Shown one piece after another: positions 1 through 12,500 of a stretch of DNA of 64,000 bases. Location of the stretch: contig OZ316896.1 of NCBI GenBank assembly GCA_973895155.1, positions 19,022,754 to 19,086,753 on the forward strand. The letters are read 5' to 3'. The translations under genes and the position numbers were made by a program. A model generated the notes under the pieces. It searched no databases. It was not told where the DNA came from and worked only from the letters and a program-made list of their open reading frames with translations. The first letter of the stretch is position 1. The number at the start of each line of letters is the position of its first letter. Source of the stretch: Marsupella aquatica (taxonomy: Eukaryota > Plantae > Marchantiophyta).

Positions 1-519
1 CTTGCTTGAAGACATTAGCTCCAATCATGACCGCTTATCATTGTACGTTTGCTTAACATATATGTAGTAAGGGTCCTCCTTTACTCCTGAATGAAGTCTT
101 GGAGCTCCCATAGGCCTCCCTGCTCCTGAGAGTAGGCAAATCCATCTAGTTATGGACCCTCATGAGAGGTCTCTTGCAAATTCCCTGCCACGAGGTTGCA
201 CCACATCACCACAACCAGCCACAAACAGGAATAGTCCTACTTTTAACAATAACAAACGTGCACATTCATGTTTGTGGCAAAAACAACATAATTTTTGGGT
301 GCCATGCAGTAAATATTAAATGTAAAAAAAACCAAAATACAAAGGAAGAGATGTCATTTAGTAAAATAAAATTACTAAAGTATTCTAATGTTTGTCAAAG
401 ATATATCAGTGTTTTATATCAAAATGCTTGTATTTTCTAATCGTTTGCAAGTTTGAAAAAACTAATCGATAGAAATGTACATAATTACAATCCCTTTGGC
501 TCCACATTGTAAAACTAAA

Positions 520-1000
520 TTAATCAATCTCCTTAGTACTTGATAAAATCTGTCAATGTTTGATTCATTGGGAAACTCAAGATCAAGATTTAGAAACTCG
601 TGACCTCATTAATAGTGTTTTGATAAAATTTCTCAATTATGTCACACTCATTGGAAAGCTAGAGTAAAATTAGAATCTCATCATCTCCTTAGTATTTGAC
701 AAAATATATTAATGTTAGGTTCATTGGAAAGCTTGAGAAATTCAAATACTCGTGATCTAATTTTTGATGAATAATCTCAATGTCACACATTAGAAAGCTA
801 GAGAGATTATGATCTCTTTAGTATAGTGATAAAATCTGACATGGAATTTGTCAATGTTGGACTCAATGTTCAAAAACTAAAAGAATTCATGAACTCATGA
901 TCAAAATTTCTTATACTCACATTCATTGGAAACTAAGGCAAAGAAATTAAAAAATTTATTTGGAACAAAACAAAATTTGTCAATTTGAGGCTCATTCAAA
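520..1000. repeat. Degenerate AT-rich tandem repeat
   Basis: Recurring motifs CATTGGAAA(G)CT(A/T)GAG, TGATAAAAT and TGTCAATGTT about every 60-80 bp. Confidence 0.5.
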
Positions 1001-1009
1001 ACTCTTTCT

Positions 1010-1620
1010 TGATTAAGAGATATCACAAACTTAGCCGCTACAAATTGATTTCTTTAATTACGTTGTCATCGCTTGTCCACAAGGCTTGCGTTCTGGCTTG
1101 AATTATTTGCATCCCTCCAATCTTCAACTAAAGCTCACTCTGAGCACAGGTTGACGCCAAATGCAGCCTCTATGTCAAAGAAACAATTGTTGGTCTCCCC
1201 CTCACACCATAGCTTTCTTAAATAAAAAATTACAAATCCTTTATGTGAAGTGATGACTCGTTCGTTTTGTGCGTTCTTCCCACCAAATCGACAAGTGTTC
1301 TTTTGCCAATAGCTGAGTGTTGTCCTCCACTCTATCTTGTGGTGGTAATGCTCAATGTAACTCACAAACAATCAATCAAGAATGATAGAAACACAATTTC
1401 TCCAATGTGTAAGCAAAAACTGTCAATGAAAAAACTTAATTCCTCCACATTCAACCTTTCGTTTGATTAATCTCCTCTATATCTTTTGAACATTCTCTTT
1501 TGTACGAGCACACACCAAGACCATCGGGAGACTCAAAACCATCGGTTACCGCCTTGCTGAAAATTGATTTCACTTCATCACACACATATTCTTTTGGAAG
1601 AACATGGGGGTCCACGGATT
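1010..1620 (-). repeat. Dispersed repeat A (decayed coding-like sequence), uninterrupted copy
   Basis: Its reverse complement aligns to 5185-5677 and resumes at 11521-11690, where the second copy is split by the pogo element. Confidence 0.85.
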
Positions 1621-3413
1621 AATTCAGTCCTAGCTCACATAGTTAGTGCCCAGGATTGCACACAACAGCCCCACGTACTGTTGCGAATCCTTATGATCCA
1701 AGTTTGGTCCGCCCTCTCACTCCCTCTACCGCTATTTTGGATTAAAAAAGGCAGGAAAAAAAGTGTGCTTGCAACGTACCTTGATAATCCAATATGTGAT
1801 CTAAGAGCCAACAAGATTCATAGATAGATTTAAATTAACCTGAGTTGCTGGGGGAGGGGGTTCACTCTATGGAGCCTGGCCATACATCATGTGCAACATT
1901 TTAGGGTTTGACCCAATTTCTTATGAGAAAGATTCTTATTATTGCCTCACCCTTTGTTTCTTTAAATCCGGCCATTTTTAATTTTACAACCCAAAAAAGA
2001 CTTTAATGAATAGGCTCATTGTTCAAGTTGGCCAATGAATGAAACATGCCCTGTCTGTTTGGAAGTATTTTGCAACATCCATCTCACAAATGATACTTTC
2101 ACAGTGGTAAATTTGTGAAAGTGCTCATGATGGAAAGTTCAAGCCCCAGATGGACTTTTGTCCCAAATCATGCAATTGAAACCTGGATGGACCTAGTCCA
2201 ATTTAGAGACATGAGGATAGGAGAAGGACGTCAAACTGAATGTTGAACCCACTCCCCGACCCAGTCAAGGATGTCTAGATCATGGGATTTTTTAGACACA
2301 AATCATTTCCAAATTTGATGGCAGTACGTGGAGCATAATTCCTTGTCAGAAAGACCATGTGATGCACTTTCTATTGAGCTAAAAGTGACATGAGATTTGT
2401 GAGGGAATCCAGTTCAAAATATGACCATCCACAGTCACTGGCTAGATCGATTAGGCGTACAAGTTTTTAATCTTTAGTGTAAATGTGCTATCCAAGCAAA
2501 TTTCAAAGTCCCAATCCAGTCCATCTTAGTTGGTTGCACACTGTAATCTTAGTTTACATAATCGGGGTCCAAATACACAATAATGCAATGTGGTCATACA
2601 TAAGGTTAACATCTAGACAAACCCTCACCGAGTCAATTTTCAAAAGTGGGCCCAGGAAGTCCCTAATGTTTGCATTTACACCTCTATCAGACAAATTCCT
2701 CTGTATACTTGTATATATGTTTGCAAGATAATGTTAATTTTAAAACATGTTTGTCAAACATGCACAATATAGCTCAACTAGCCCAATGCAAGTGAGTTGC
2801 ACAGATAATGTCAAGGCAAAGCAAAGAATGTAGTGTAGGTTGAGACATCTTATTTATCCTTGATTGCCATGTGATAAGTAACACAGTCATGTTGTCAAAG
2901 TATGAGTGATTAAGTTTAGTGTCAGGCAAGGTAAGCTATGGCTGATTCAACAATCATAAAAAAAACTCACGATGAGTCCAGCTTAAAACTCATTTCCTAA
3001 TTCAGACAACACACAGATGTTTTGGATGGGATCATAAATTATAGTCTTTAATCATGACCATTTATATTATTATATATACAAAACTACGCTAACATGCTAT
3101 TTAACCAAATGCCCATATCTTGCACGATTGTCATTGCAGCCATGCTGTCATCGAAGAGGGGGGGGGTGCACAAGAAGGGTGACAGTCATTGGGTTTTCTC
3201 AGGGATCAGGCGTGGTCACCTTGGGCTAAGTGGAGGGAGAAGTTTTGGTCCCGGCCTCTTTTCTTTTTTTCCCTCTCCCATGCCCACACTTTCTCTCCTT
3301 TTAACTGCCCTCCAATATGATTTAAAATTAGAACTTAAGAAAAACATGGAAGAAAAAAGAAAGTTATCCCCCCAAAAAAGGAAATCTGACTCCTTTGCAA
3401 AAACCAGAAACTA

Positions 3414-3963
3414 GGATTTACTAGAATGCCACCTGTTTTGTGCCTAATTACTACCTACCCTTTTCTTATATTTATCAGAATGCCACTCTTTCCATCATGG
3501 GTTAAGGAAAGTTACTCCAGTTAACCCCTGAAATCAAATTTACCCCACAAACAGTCGCAGCTCAGTCAAGGTTGTGGGCCACAAGTCAGCCAGTGCGGTT
3601 GGGCCGCAATCTGGTGCAGGCGGATAGATCTCCGTGGAGCCAGGCCGGGATTAGGAATACAGTCGGGGAGCCCGCACAGTTAGCTTGAAGCGGCAACACA
3701 ATCATCGCATCAAGCACTGTAGTTGGGGGTGCGGGAGTGAGTAAAAGGGCAGTCGGGGAGGGAAACCAAAATGCAAAGAGTGGGGGCAGCCGACCCACCC
3801 CTGTGTGGAGCAAACTGAGGGTTGAAGGAAATAACCGTGAGGGAAGCGTTGGCCATGATCCAATGCGGGTCGTGAAGGAAATCTGAGGGGTACGATTCTC
3901 AGGGGTTAACTTGAGTGACTTTTCTTGACCCGTAGTGGAAAAAAGTGGCATTCTAGTAAATCC
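3414..3963. mobile_element. Non-autonomous Mutator-like element (MITE)
   Basis: Termini GGATTTACTAGAATGCCAC and GTGGCATTCTAGTAAATCC are perfect inverted repeats. Inverted similarity extends inward (~3478-3537 vs ~3893-3955). The 9-bp flanks CAGAAACTA and CAGAAACCA (8/9) resemble a MULE TSD. Confidence 0.8.
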
Positions 3964-4508
3964 CAGAAACCAGAAAACCTTAAATAATACCAATGTACTT
4001 CACATGTTGAGGTTCCCCTAGTGCCATTTGACATAGTTTGCACAATTATTCTAAAACTCAGTGAATCTTATTTTAAAGATTCTGCTTGTGAGCAAACAAG
4101 GAATAAATTCAATGGGCTTGAATGGAGTGAAAGCATGAAAAAAGAAACTTTGTGGGTTGGAAAGTAGAAAAATATATGATTTCAATAAAAGTGAATAGTA
4201 AACAAACGAAAAGGCAATGAGTGGAAACCCTCACTATGACTTTTTGAGTTGGAAAGGAGGAGAGATTTATTTTTATTAGAAAAAAGCACTTGGCTTGCAT
4301 TGATAACAGTAACTTTTGTTACCAATCTGCAAAGATAAAAAAAACATGTTCCCTTTACCTGTGACTGGTCATAATTCATTTGGAAAGCAACAAGGTCAAT
4401 TAAAAGGACTCATCAAGTAAAGTTTGAGTGTACTAATAGGTTTGATTATTGATAACCCAACTGTCCATGACATATCTTAGGCCAGGATCCTCCACATAAT
4501 ATGCAATA

Positions 4509-5100
4509 GTAGCTCGATGCCCGTGCGTTGCACGAAACATTTTGAGGTGAGAGCAAGATGTCGAGGAGATGCAAAAATGTTGAGGCGAGGGCAAGATGTC
4601 AAGGAGAGTACAACATTTTGAGGCAATGCAATGCAAAGATGTTGCTCAAGGTGAGGAAAAGACATCGAGGTGAGGAAAAGTTAGGGAGGTGAGAGAAAGA
4701 TGTCAATGAGAGAAAGAGATGTTGAGGTGAGGAAAAGAAGTCAAGGTGAGGAAAGGAGGTCGAGGAGAGAAAGATGACAAGGTGAGAAAAAAATGTAAAG
4801 ATGAGGAAAAGATGTCAAAGAGAGAAACGATGTTGAAGGTGACGGAAAGATATTGTAGTGAGACAAAGATGTCAAGGTGAGCAAATGGTAAGATGCCGAG
4901 TTGAGGAAAAGATGTCAAGTCAATGTGAAAATAGATGTCAAGGAGAGAAAAGATGTCAAAGAGACAAAATGTGTCAAAGGTGAGAAAAAATATATTAGTG
5001 AGATAAAGATGTCAATGTGAGTCAAATGGCAAGATGAGAGAATGATGTCAAGGTAAGGTAAAGTTGATGAGAGAACGATGTCAAGGTAAGGTAAAGTTGT
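4509..5100 (-). mobile_element. Helitron-like 3' end followed by a degenerate ~19-bp purine-rich tandem array (GATGTCAAGGTGAGAAAA)
   Basis: The minus strand reads CGTGCAACGCACGGGCATCGAGCTAC|T (hairpin plus CTAG-like end). The same array type occurs at 26110-26800. The 5' end was not defined. Confidence 0.55.
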
Positions 5101-5184
5101 TGCGGTGGTTCCATGCCAAAATGGTTGTTTGCGGTTAACTTAAATGTTCCATGCCAAAAATGTACTCTAAATACCATAAATTAA

Positions 5185-5677
5185 ATTGTGGACCCCCATG
5201 TTCATCCAAGGAATGTGCGTGTGATTAAGTGAAATAAATTTTTCAGCGAGGTGGTAACAGATGGTTTTGAGTCTTCCAGTGGTCTTGGTGTGTGCTCGTA
5301 CAAAAGACAATGCTCGAAAGATAGAGGAGATTGATCTGGTAAAGATACTCTCTAATTTACCAAATGGAAGGTTGAATGTGGAGGAATTGAGACAGTTTTT
5401 TTTAGGTTTTTGCTTACACATTGGAGAAATCGTGTTTCTACCATTCCTGATTGATTGTTTGTGAGTTATATTGAGCATTACGGCCACAAGATAGACAAGA
5501 GAACAACATTCAGCTATTGGCGGAAGAGCACCTGTCGTTTTGGTGGGAAGAACTCATAAAACGGGCAAGCCATCACTTCACATGAAAGTTTTGTAAGTTT
5601 TTTATTTAAGAAAGCTATGTTGTGAGGGGAAGACCAACGATTGTTTCTTTGACATAGAGCTTGCATTTGGCGTCAAC
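5185..5677 (+). repeat. Dispersed repeat A, second copy (left part; continues at 11521-11690)
   Basis: Inverted homology to ~1150-1620. Confidence 0.85.
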
Positions 5678-6151
5678 TACCGTCTTCCCCCGAACACAGC
5701 GCCGGGGCGCTGTGTTTGAAAGTTTCAATTTTTGGGTCCTGGTGTAAAAAAGTTCCTTTTCTTCGAACACAACGTCAATTTTACACAACGCCCGGGCGCT
5801 GTGTTCAAACTTGGCTCTGTGTTCGGGGATGTCGTTGTGTTCGGGGGGGATGTCACTGTGTTCGGGGGACCCCTTGGGCCCTTAGCTAATACGGCCTGAG
5901 CAATAGAAGCTCGTTGAAGATAGGTTCGAGTGGGCGCAATAGTCGACAGGATGTTCGAGGCTGTGGAAGCAAATAGAAGCTGTCGACAACTCTCACAGCT
6001 TTTCTAGAATGTTGCGAACAACAGTATGGCCCAGACATACTCCATTGAATTAAATGGCACTTTGGAACTTTATATAGTGTGCAAATCAATACATCCAGGC
6101 GCAATCGCACTGTGGCACAAATCAAACTATGATCCTCAATCTCAACCCCTA

Positions 6152-6789
6152 CTATAACTTATCTCCTGCAAAGCGATTGACCAAATTTGTGATAGCCTTG
6201 CCTTTTGGCAATAGAACATTGATTCTCCTGACTTTCTTGGCTGGTTGTGGTGATGGAGAGAACTCCGTGAAGCTATCAAGAAGATACAAATCAAAATCTT
6301 CTGTGGGTACTGGCTTCCTCACAGAGAGACATGCACTAACCCAATCAAAGCTGACGAACTTCACTCTCCCACTCCAGTAGTAAAACTCCACAGTCCCCCA
6401 TTCATACTTTGCCAAAATTGTCTGCCAATTCTTGGCAATCACATGCATCGTCATTGAACTAAACCGGTAACAAATGGAACCTCCGCATTGAAGAAATCTT
6501 CGCTTCAATAAATCAAATCGTCCTGGGCTGAATTCGTCAGGAATCATTAGTGCATACATGCCCTCGAATGTGTCTCTTGTCTTCTCAAATGCACGAGCCA
6601 GTGCATCCATCTCAGCTTGGACATCAAGATCAGCATTTGGTCCAGTTGAGTGAAATTAGCCTCCATCTCAACATTTGACTCCAGCTTGGTGTTTGCCTCA
6701 ATCTCTTTCTCAGGAATGCACTCAATGTCTGCCGTAGACTCCATTCCTGCCAACACATCAATCTGTGCGTTCTTACTCTTCTCTGCCAT
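6152..6789 (-). pseudogene. BRCT-domain ORF inside the pogo element (probable frameshift near 6620-6650)
   Basis: FEGMYALM...FLQCGGSICYRFSSMTMHVIA...VSFDWVSACLSVRKPVPTEDF fits the BRCT pattern (F-x-G, GG, THV-like, W-x-x-x-C). An upstream acidic ORF starting MAEKSK at 6789 is in another frame. Confidence 0.7.
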
Positions 6790-7611
6790 CGTCAGCAGCA
6801 AACAAGCATTACAAATTGAGAAATGAACAATGAGGCACCTTGCCCCCGCCACTTTGAGAAGGTTGCTCCCGCCACTTTGCAAAGGGGCGTTGTGATCGAT
6901 TGGTCCAATAGAGACAAACTTTGAAAATAGACAAAACAATACCACCATTCTCGCTCCGTCACAAAATCAAGAGGCTGCCTTGAGTAAACATCGGGAACTC
7001 GAGAGTCTTTGGCTATGGAGAGAAGGCAGCCCGAACAGCTGCAACGTACAGGAGGGGTAAGTGGCGAACCTGACATTGAATTGACATTGATTGGGTTACC
7101 CCATCGCTCCACGCTTCTTAATCATCACTGCAGCTTGCGTAATACAATGTCTCCCTTTTGCACAAACAAATTTTTGAGCTTTCACCAAAAATCATATTAG
7201 AAACTTTAGTGAAATAGAACTTGTGAATCGTTTGCAGCTCGCTGATGTCCAGGTTACTTGATTGACACTAACACCTCTGTGCATTGCTTTGTTGCAGCAA
7301 GGATCGAAGCCATGTAGAAACATTGCTTATCATTCATGGTCGTCAGCTCATCGTTCGACTGCCTCCTTCCTAGCTGAGAACATCAAGAGTGAAGGACAAG
7401 AACTGGTTATATAGTGCTGTCACTCATTTTTGTGCAAATTCTCGTGCAAATTGTTCATACCTTCAAGCCTGACTGGCCCCTACGTATACACTTACAGTCC
7501 TGGTCTTCATGGTTGATAATCGAGTGCAGACATTTCCATATCAGGAGAGATATTTTTGAAATGGATACCACGATAATTGAGGGAAAGGATGTCCAAGAGG
7601 TCAGTACTAAC

Positions 7612-7785
7612 CATAAAGCGAAGATGTGGCCAAAGGGTTATGAAGTAGCGATACGCAAAAATGGAGTAGGGCTCCGACAGTTCTTTATCAATAAGAGCCA
7701 TGATGCAATCCAACTCGGTCTCGTCTCCATAGGAAGTGTAATTGATAGTGCCATTCCCACTGATATTGGGGGACTCACCCTCCAT
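7612..7785 (-). pseudogene. NAA30: Captured first coding exon of NatC catalytic subunit (MAK3/NAA30)
   Basis: INYTSYGDETELDCIMALIDKELSEPYSIFAYRYFITLWPHLRFM contains the NAA30 signature ELSEPYSIFxYRYF. It is followed by a GTTAGT splice donor. No downstream exons were recognised. Confidence 0.85.
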
Positions 7786-8374
7786 AGGAACAGAATGCTC
7801 CAACTCCAATGCTCCAACTCCACTGCTCCAACTCCACTGCTCCTCGAAATCGACCAACCTCTGTCCAAATCAATCAATTCCCTCCTTTCCTAGTTTTCCT
7901 TTCCTCCACCTGCTCCTCTTACCTCTCCTCATCCCGCTCCTTGTCCTACTTCTCCTCCTCCCTAATATAATCCACACCTTCCCAAGATCCCTGTCCACCA
8001 ATGCCCTTCCTCCTCCTCCTCCGTTCCTTTCTCTCGCTCTTTGTCTTTCTCACGCCGTGTTTTCCTTCGCCTCTCCTGCCTCCTGCTCCAAATCTACACA
8101 ATCGCCCCACACAACCTTCTCTCCTCCTCTCAGTACCCCGTTGACTCGTCTTGTCTTGTCAAGTGATCCGATCCTGTCCAGTTCTGTCCCGAGGTAGCAA
8201 TATCAGCAGCAGCACCAGCACGAGAATGACTTTACACAATTCCTCTCGAGCTTATGATTTGTCGAAGCGAACAGTATCAATCAATCGTCGGTCTGGCATT
8301 CAATGTCAATTCCCATCCAATTCCTTCTCATCCCTCCTGTCTTTCCTCCCAACTTTCCTCCGTCAATAGTCGTC

Positions 8375-8605
8375 GATTGATAGTCGATACTTGAGTGGGA
8401 TTGATAGTCGATAGTGAGTGGGAGACTGACATTTGATAGTCAATAGTTGATAGTCGATTGAGTGGGAGAGTGGATTTAGTTGACAGTCGATCGAGTGGGA
8501 TAGTCGATCGAGTGGATTTAGTTGACAGTCAATCGAGTGGATTTAGTTGACAGTCGATCGAGTGGGAGTAGTTGACAGTCGATCGAGTGGGAGAGTGGGA
8601 GAGTG
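8375..8605 (+). repeat. Short tandem repeats (GTTGACAGTCGATCGAGTGG-like) upstream of the transposase
   Basis: Multiple imperfect ~15-27 bp copies visible. Confidence 0.8.
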
Positions 8606-8841
8606 GCAGAATATATTGTCCACGATCTCTTTCCTTAGGTCAAATCCTCCAAACTAGGGACTCTATGAATCCTTATGAAGGCCAGATGGTAGTCGAATGT
8701 ACAATAGCTTTGCCAAAAATGCTCACAAGCATAGCTGACCACTCTCTCGTTGAATTTCATGCCTTTGTCGACTTAACCCTTGCAGGCAGGGTTAAAAGTG
8801 CTATGTGTAGGAGGTTGTCGCCCCTGCCATTCATTTGGTAG

Positions 8842-10871
8842 ATGGTATTTTCTTTTGCAATGGCAGCTATGGCGAGACATCCCCGTGGGACAGCAAATGA
8901 GAAGCGACGAACTTATTCTCTTAAGTTCAAGTTGGATGTGATTCGGGAATACAACCCCCACATCAAAGGGCAAGGCTTTGTGGCACTCAGCAAAAAATTT
9001 GGAGTGCCCCGGTCTGCTTTGAGAGGGTGGTATGAGAAGAGGGCACAGTTGCAAGCCTCTCTTAAGGACGATAAGATCTTAACCCGGAAATCACGCCGGT
9101 TAAGGGGAGGTGGATGGAGACCATTGCTGCCCGGAATGGAGGAGGAGCTTCACACTTGGATCCTGGCACAGAATGAGAAGGGATTGAGGGTGAAGGACAT
9201 GTACATCGTCAAGATGGCCTTGAAGATTGCAGAGAGGATGGCTGCCAACACAGCAAATGAGGAGCTTGCGACATTTAAAGCGTCAACAGGTTGGTTGGAT
9301 AGGTTCAAGAAGTGACACAACCTGGTGCCAAGGAGACACACAACAGATCGCAAGCTACCAGAGAATGCTGTTGATTTTGTGCCGGGCATTCATTCAAGAG
9401 TGCCAAGAATTGATTGACACTAACAAAATTAAGCCCAAAAACATTATCAACATGCATGGATCAGGTTTCACGGCACTATGAGACTGAGCCAAAGTCAACT
9501 ATTGCTACCAGAGGCATTCGGACGGTGATGATGACAAAGGGTGGTACCAGCCACAAACGATTCACCATAGCTTTTTCCATCACAGGAGAAGGCAAGCATT
9601 TGAAACCACACATCCTCATCTCAAAGAGGAAGAATAAACCTGAAGTCCCGTTGGGCGTGTTTGTCGATGTGAACCAGACAGGTATATTTTTCAATATCTA
9701 TTATCTTGCAAACTAAGCTTCTCTTTTGTAATTTTCATGACTTTTTTAGGGTTGCCAGTAAACAAACTCTTTTGTAATTATTGACCATGGGTTTTATACT
9801 ATGCAGGTATGTGGAATGAACGGATATGTTGGGAACACTTCAATGAAACAGTGATGAAGCGAGGTGAGACCCAATTCTACCGGGAGCCCACTCTATACAT
9901 CATTGACGCATATGGTCCCCACTTGAAGTGGCCCAAGGCACATGCAAAGGTACTGGAGGACTACAATGTGTTTGTGCGGATTGTGCCGGCAAATTTGACC
10001 TCCCTCTTGCAGCCTCTTGATGTTGCAGTGAACCGGAGCTATCAGGCAGATTATGCAACACAATATGACACTTACATTGCAGATGCCTTAATTGATCCAA
10101 ATTTTCAGACAACTGCAGGAAACCCTAAAGTTTCGGCTGCCAAGATGGTGGCAGAATGGGCACTTTCATGGATTGGAAAATGTCAAAAACAGGACGTGGC
10201 AAATGCATTTAGGGTAAGGTGGAGAAGTTTTGACATTATTTGTATGTACAAACATTTTATGTGGAAACATTTGGCAAATATTTTATAGTGAATCCTAATT
10301 AAGTTGATGCTTCTTGTGTTGTCAGGTTTGTGGCTTGGTGCCCAGCTCACAATTTGCAGTGGAAAACCTACATCCGCCACTAAGAGCTTTGTATGCAGCA
10401 GACTTGGACTTAGCTGAATGGAATGAACAGTATGGGCATGTACTGCAGGAGAGTGAAGAATTGCGTCCCACTCTCGTCATCAAGCCGCCTACATGGTTTT
10501 GTCCTGAAGCGGATTACTCTTTGTTCAGATGCCTTCTTCGTTGCAAGGGTATACACGGAAGTGATGTGGACGAATACCTTGACACCTATGTCATAAAGCT
10601 GGTGGTGCACATGTCGTTGTGTCCTGATCTTGATGACATTTTTGATGATGATGCTGCAGCTGACATGGTAAGTGGAGAAATGGTGGCAGGTACCTTGGCA
10701 GTGTTTGCAGCTTCAAACTTGGAGGAGTGGGAGATTGAGCTCACGAAAGTGAACCTTGACAACAAGATCATCCAAAATTTTGTGTACAAGGTGGAGGATC
10801 CTGTCAAGCAAGTTCATTTAGCACGAACAGGGAATTACTTTTGTGTTCAGCTGAATGAAGGGTTGATGTAG
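8842..10871 (+). pseudogene. pogo transposase (HTH + CENP-B HTH + DDE_1 + C-terminal extension), disabled
   Basis: Motifs RRTYSLKFKLDVI, FKASTGWLDRFKK, MDQ, IIDAY and LLQPLDVAVN, with 37 residues between the 2nd and 3rd D. GT-AG introns at 9682-9806 and 10214-10325 restore frame. Lesions: in-frame TGA at 9313-15 and frameshifts near 9385 and 9455. Confidence 0.92.
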
Positions 10872-12500
10872 TGCATGCACATCATCCTTGTTGGGTGACA
10901 ACCTTCTTGGGCATGTGTTCCTTGTGTCACTATGAGAGTTATGAGATGGATATTAGGACTGGTTCTTCAATGAGAGTAAAACTTTGTAACTCTCATAGGT
11001 ACACAAGGTGAACTTGTCCAAGCATTTTGACTTCATTTTGTGTGTTCATGATGCTTCCATACAAAAATGTATCTCTTTTGAGGCAATTGAACACTTGTGT
11101 TTATGTTTTAAATTATGTTGTTCACAATAGTGACCTTTTGGAACTACAAATATGTCATAATTAAATATGTTTTACATAATTATATGTTTATCAAGTGATA
11201 ATGTTGACTTGGGCAATTTTTTGCATGGTTTGTAAGGTCTTATTAATTTGTTCTAGACTACCCATGACTTGTTGCATTTCAGTGTTTAAAGTAGCTACAT
11301 TTTCCCAATTTAACACTTATCTCTAACACATTGGTTGTATCCTATAATTCCAGCTTATACCCCAAATTCATATAATGCCTAAATTCGAACACAACGCCTA
11401 AATTCGAACACAATGCCACATGCTAAAAAATCATAAACAGAGTCTCAAAACTCGAACACAACGCCCTGGGCTCACTATTCGAATATAGCGCCCGGGCGCT
11501 GTGTTCGGGGGAAGACGGTAGTGTTTAGAGTGACCTTCACTGAAGCCTGGAGGGACGCAAACAATTCAAGCCAGGAAGCAAGCGTTGCGGACAAACGATG
11601 GCGACGCAATCAAAGAAATCAATTTGCAACGGCTAAGTTTGTGACGGTCATGGGATTGTGACATCTCTTCATTGAGAAAGGAAGGTGGGCATTTTTTTAT
11701 GTTGCATTTCTTGAGTCGGTGACAGTTTGTTAAGTGTGTGCAAGTCATATGATCACACGGTATCCACCATTCACCTCACAACTCAAATTCAATCTCAAAA
11801 CTCAGTTGAAGATTGCTCCTCCATTTCTTCTAATGCAATGTGACAGAATGACAGTACCCTGTTCACAATCATCTCTTGTTGGTATCTCTCTCATCGAAAG
11901 AGAGAGTATCAGGTATGAGCCATTACTTACTTACGTTATTTTAGAGGCAGTTATCTAAGTAATTATATGGTAAATAATTTTAAAACACTCAAAAGGTAAC
12001 TAATATAGTTAAAGTGAAAAATATGACATATTCTCCTTTGTATTATGGTTTTTTTACGCTTAATACTTACGGCATGGCGTCCCATAATTTACACAAATAT
12101 GAACACAAGCATGACAAGAACCTTTTTGTTTTCCAGAAAACCTGCTCTGTCCTGTTTGTCACCATCCTTGCTAATGTGGTACATCCTCGTGCCGATGAAT
12201 TTGCAAGGGACCCCTAATGGGGATCCGTAAATAATCTACTTCCACTTTAATACTCCACGCCAAAAATATTATAACAAGCTACAAAATAACTATAATAACC
12301 CATTCTGAAAGTACTCTATGACATAGTATACCTACCTTATACTATAACTTAGAACTAATCTTAGGTACCCATCTTAGTCAATCCAAGAATTTTAAATAAT
12401 TCCAGAAAATATCTAAGGGCTAAGCACTGTTCCCTCCTTTTTTACTTTTGTAACACAACAATGGACTAAAACTGGTAGGATTGATTATTATAGTAATAGA

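Larger units (their letters stand above)
5680..11518 (+). mobile_element. pogo-type (Tc1/mariner-pogo) DNA transposon, 5839 bp, with cargo
   Basis: TIRs start CCGTCTTCCCCCGAACACAGCGCC (24 bp perfect, ~41 bp imperfect). TA duplication at 5678-79 and 11519-20. The interrupted repeat resumes exactly after the element. Internal CENP-B/DDE_1-type transposase. Confidence 0.95.
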
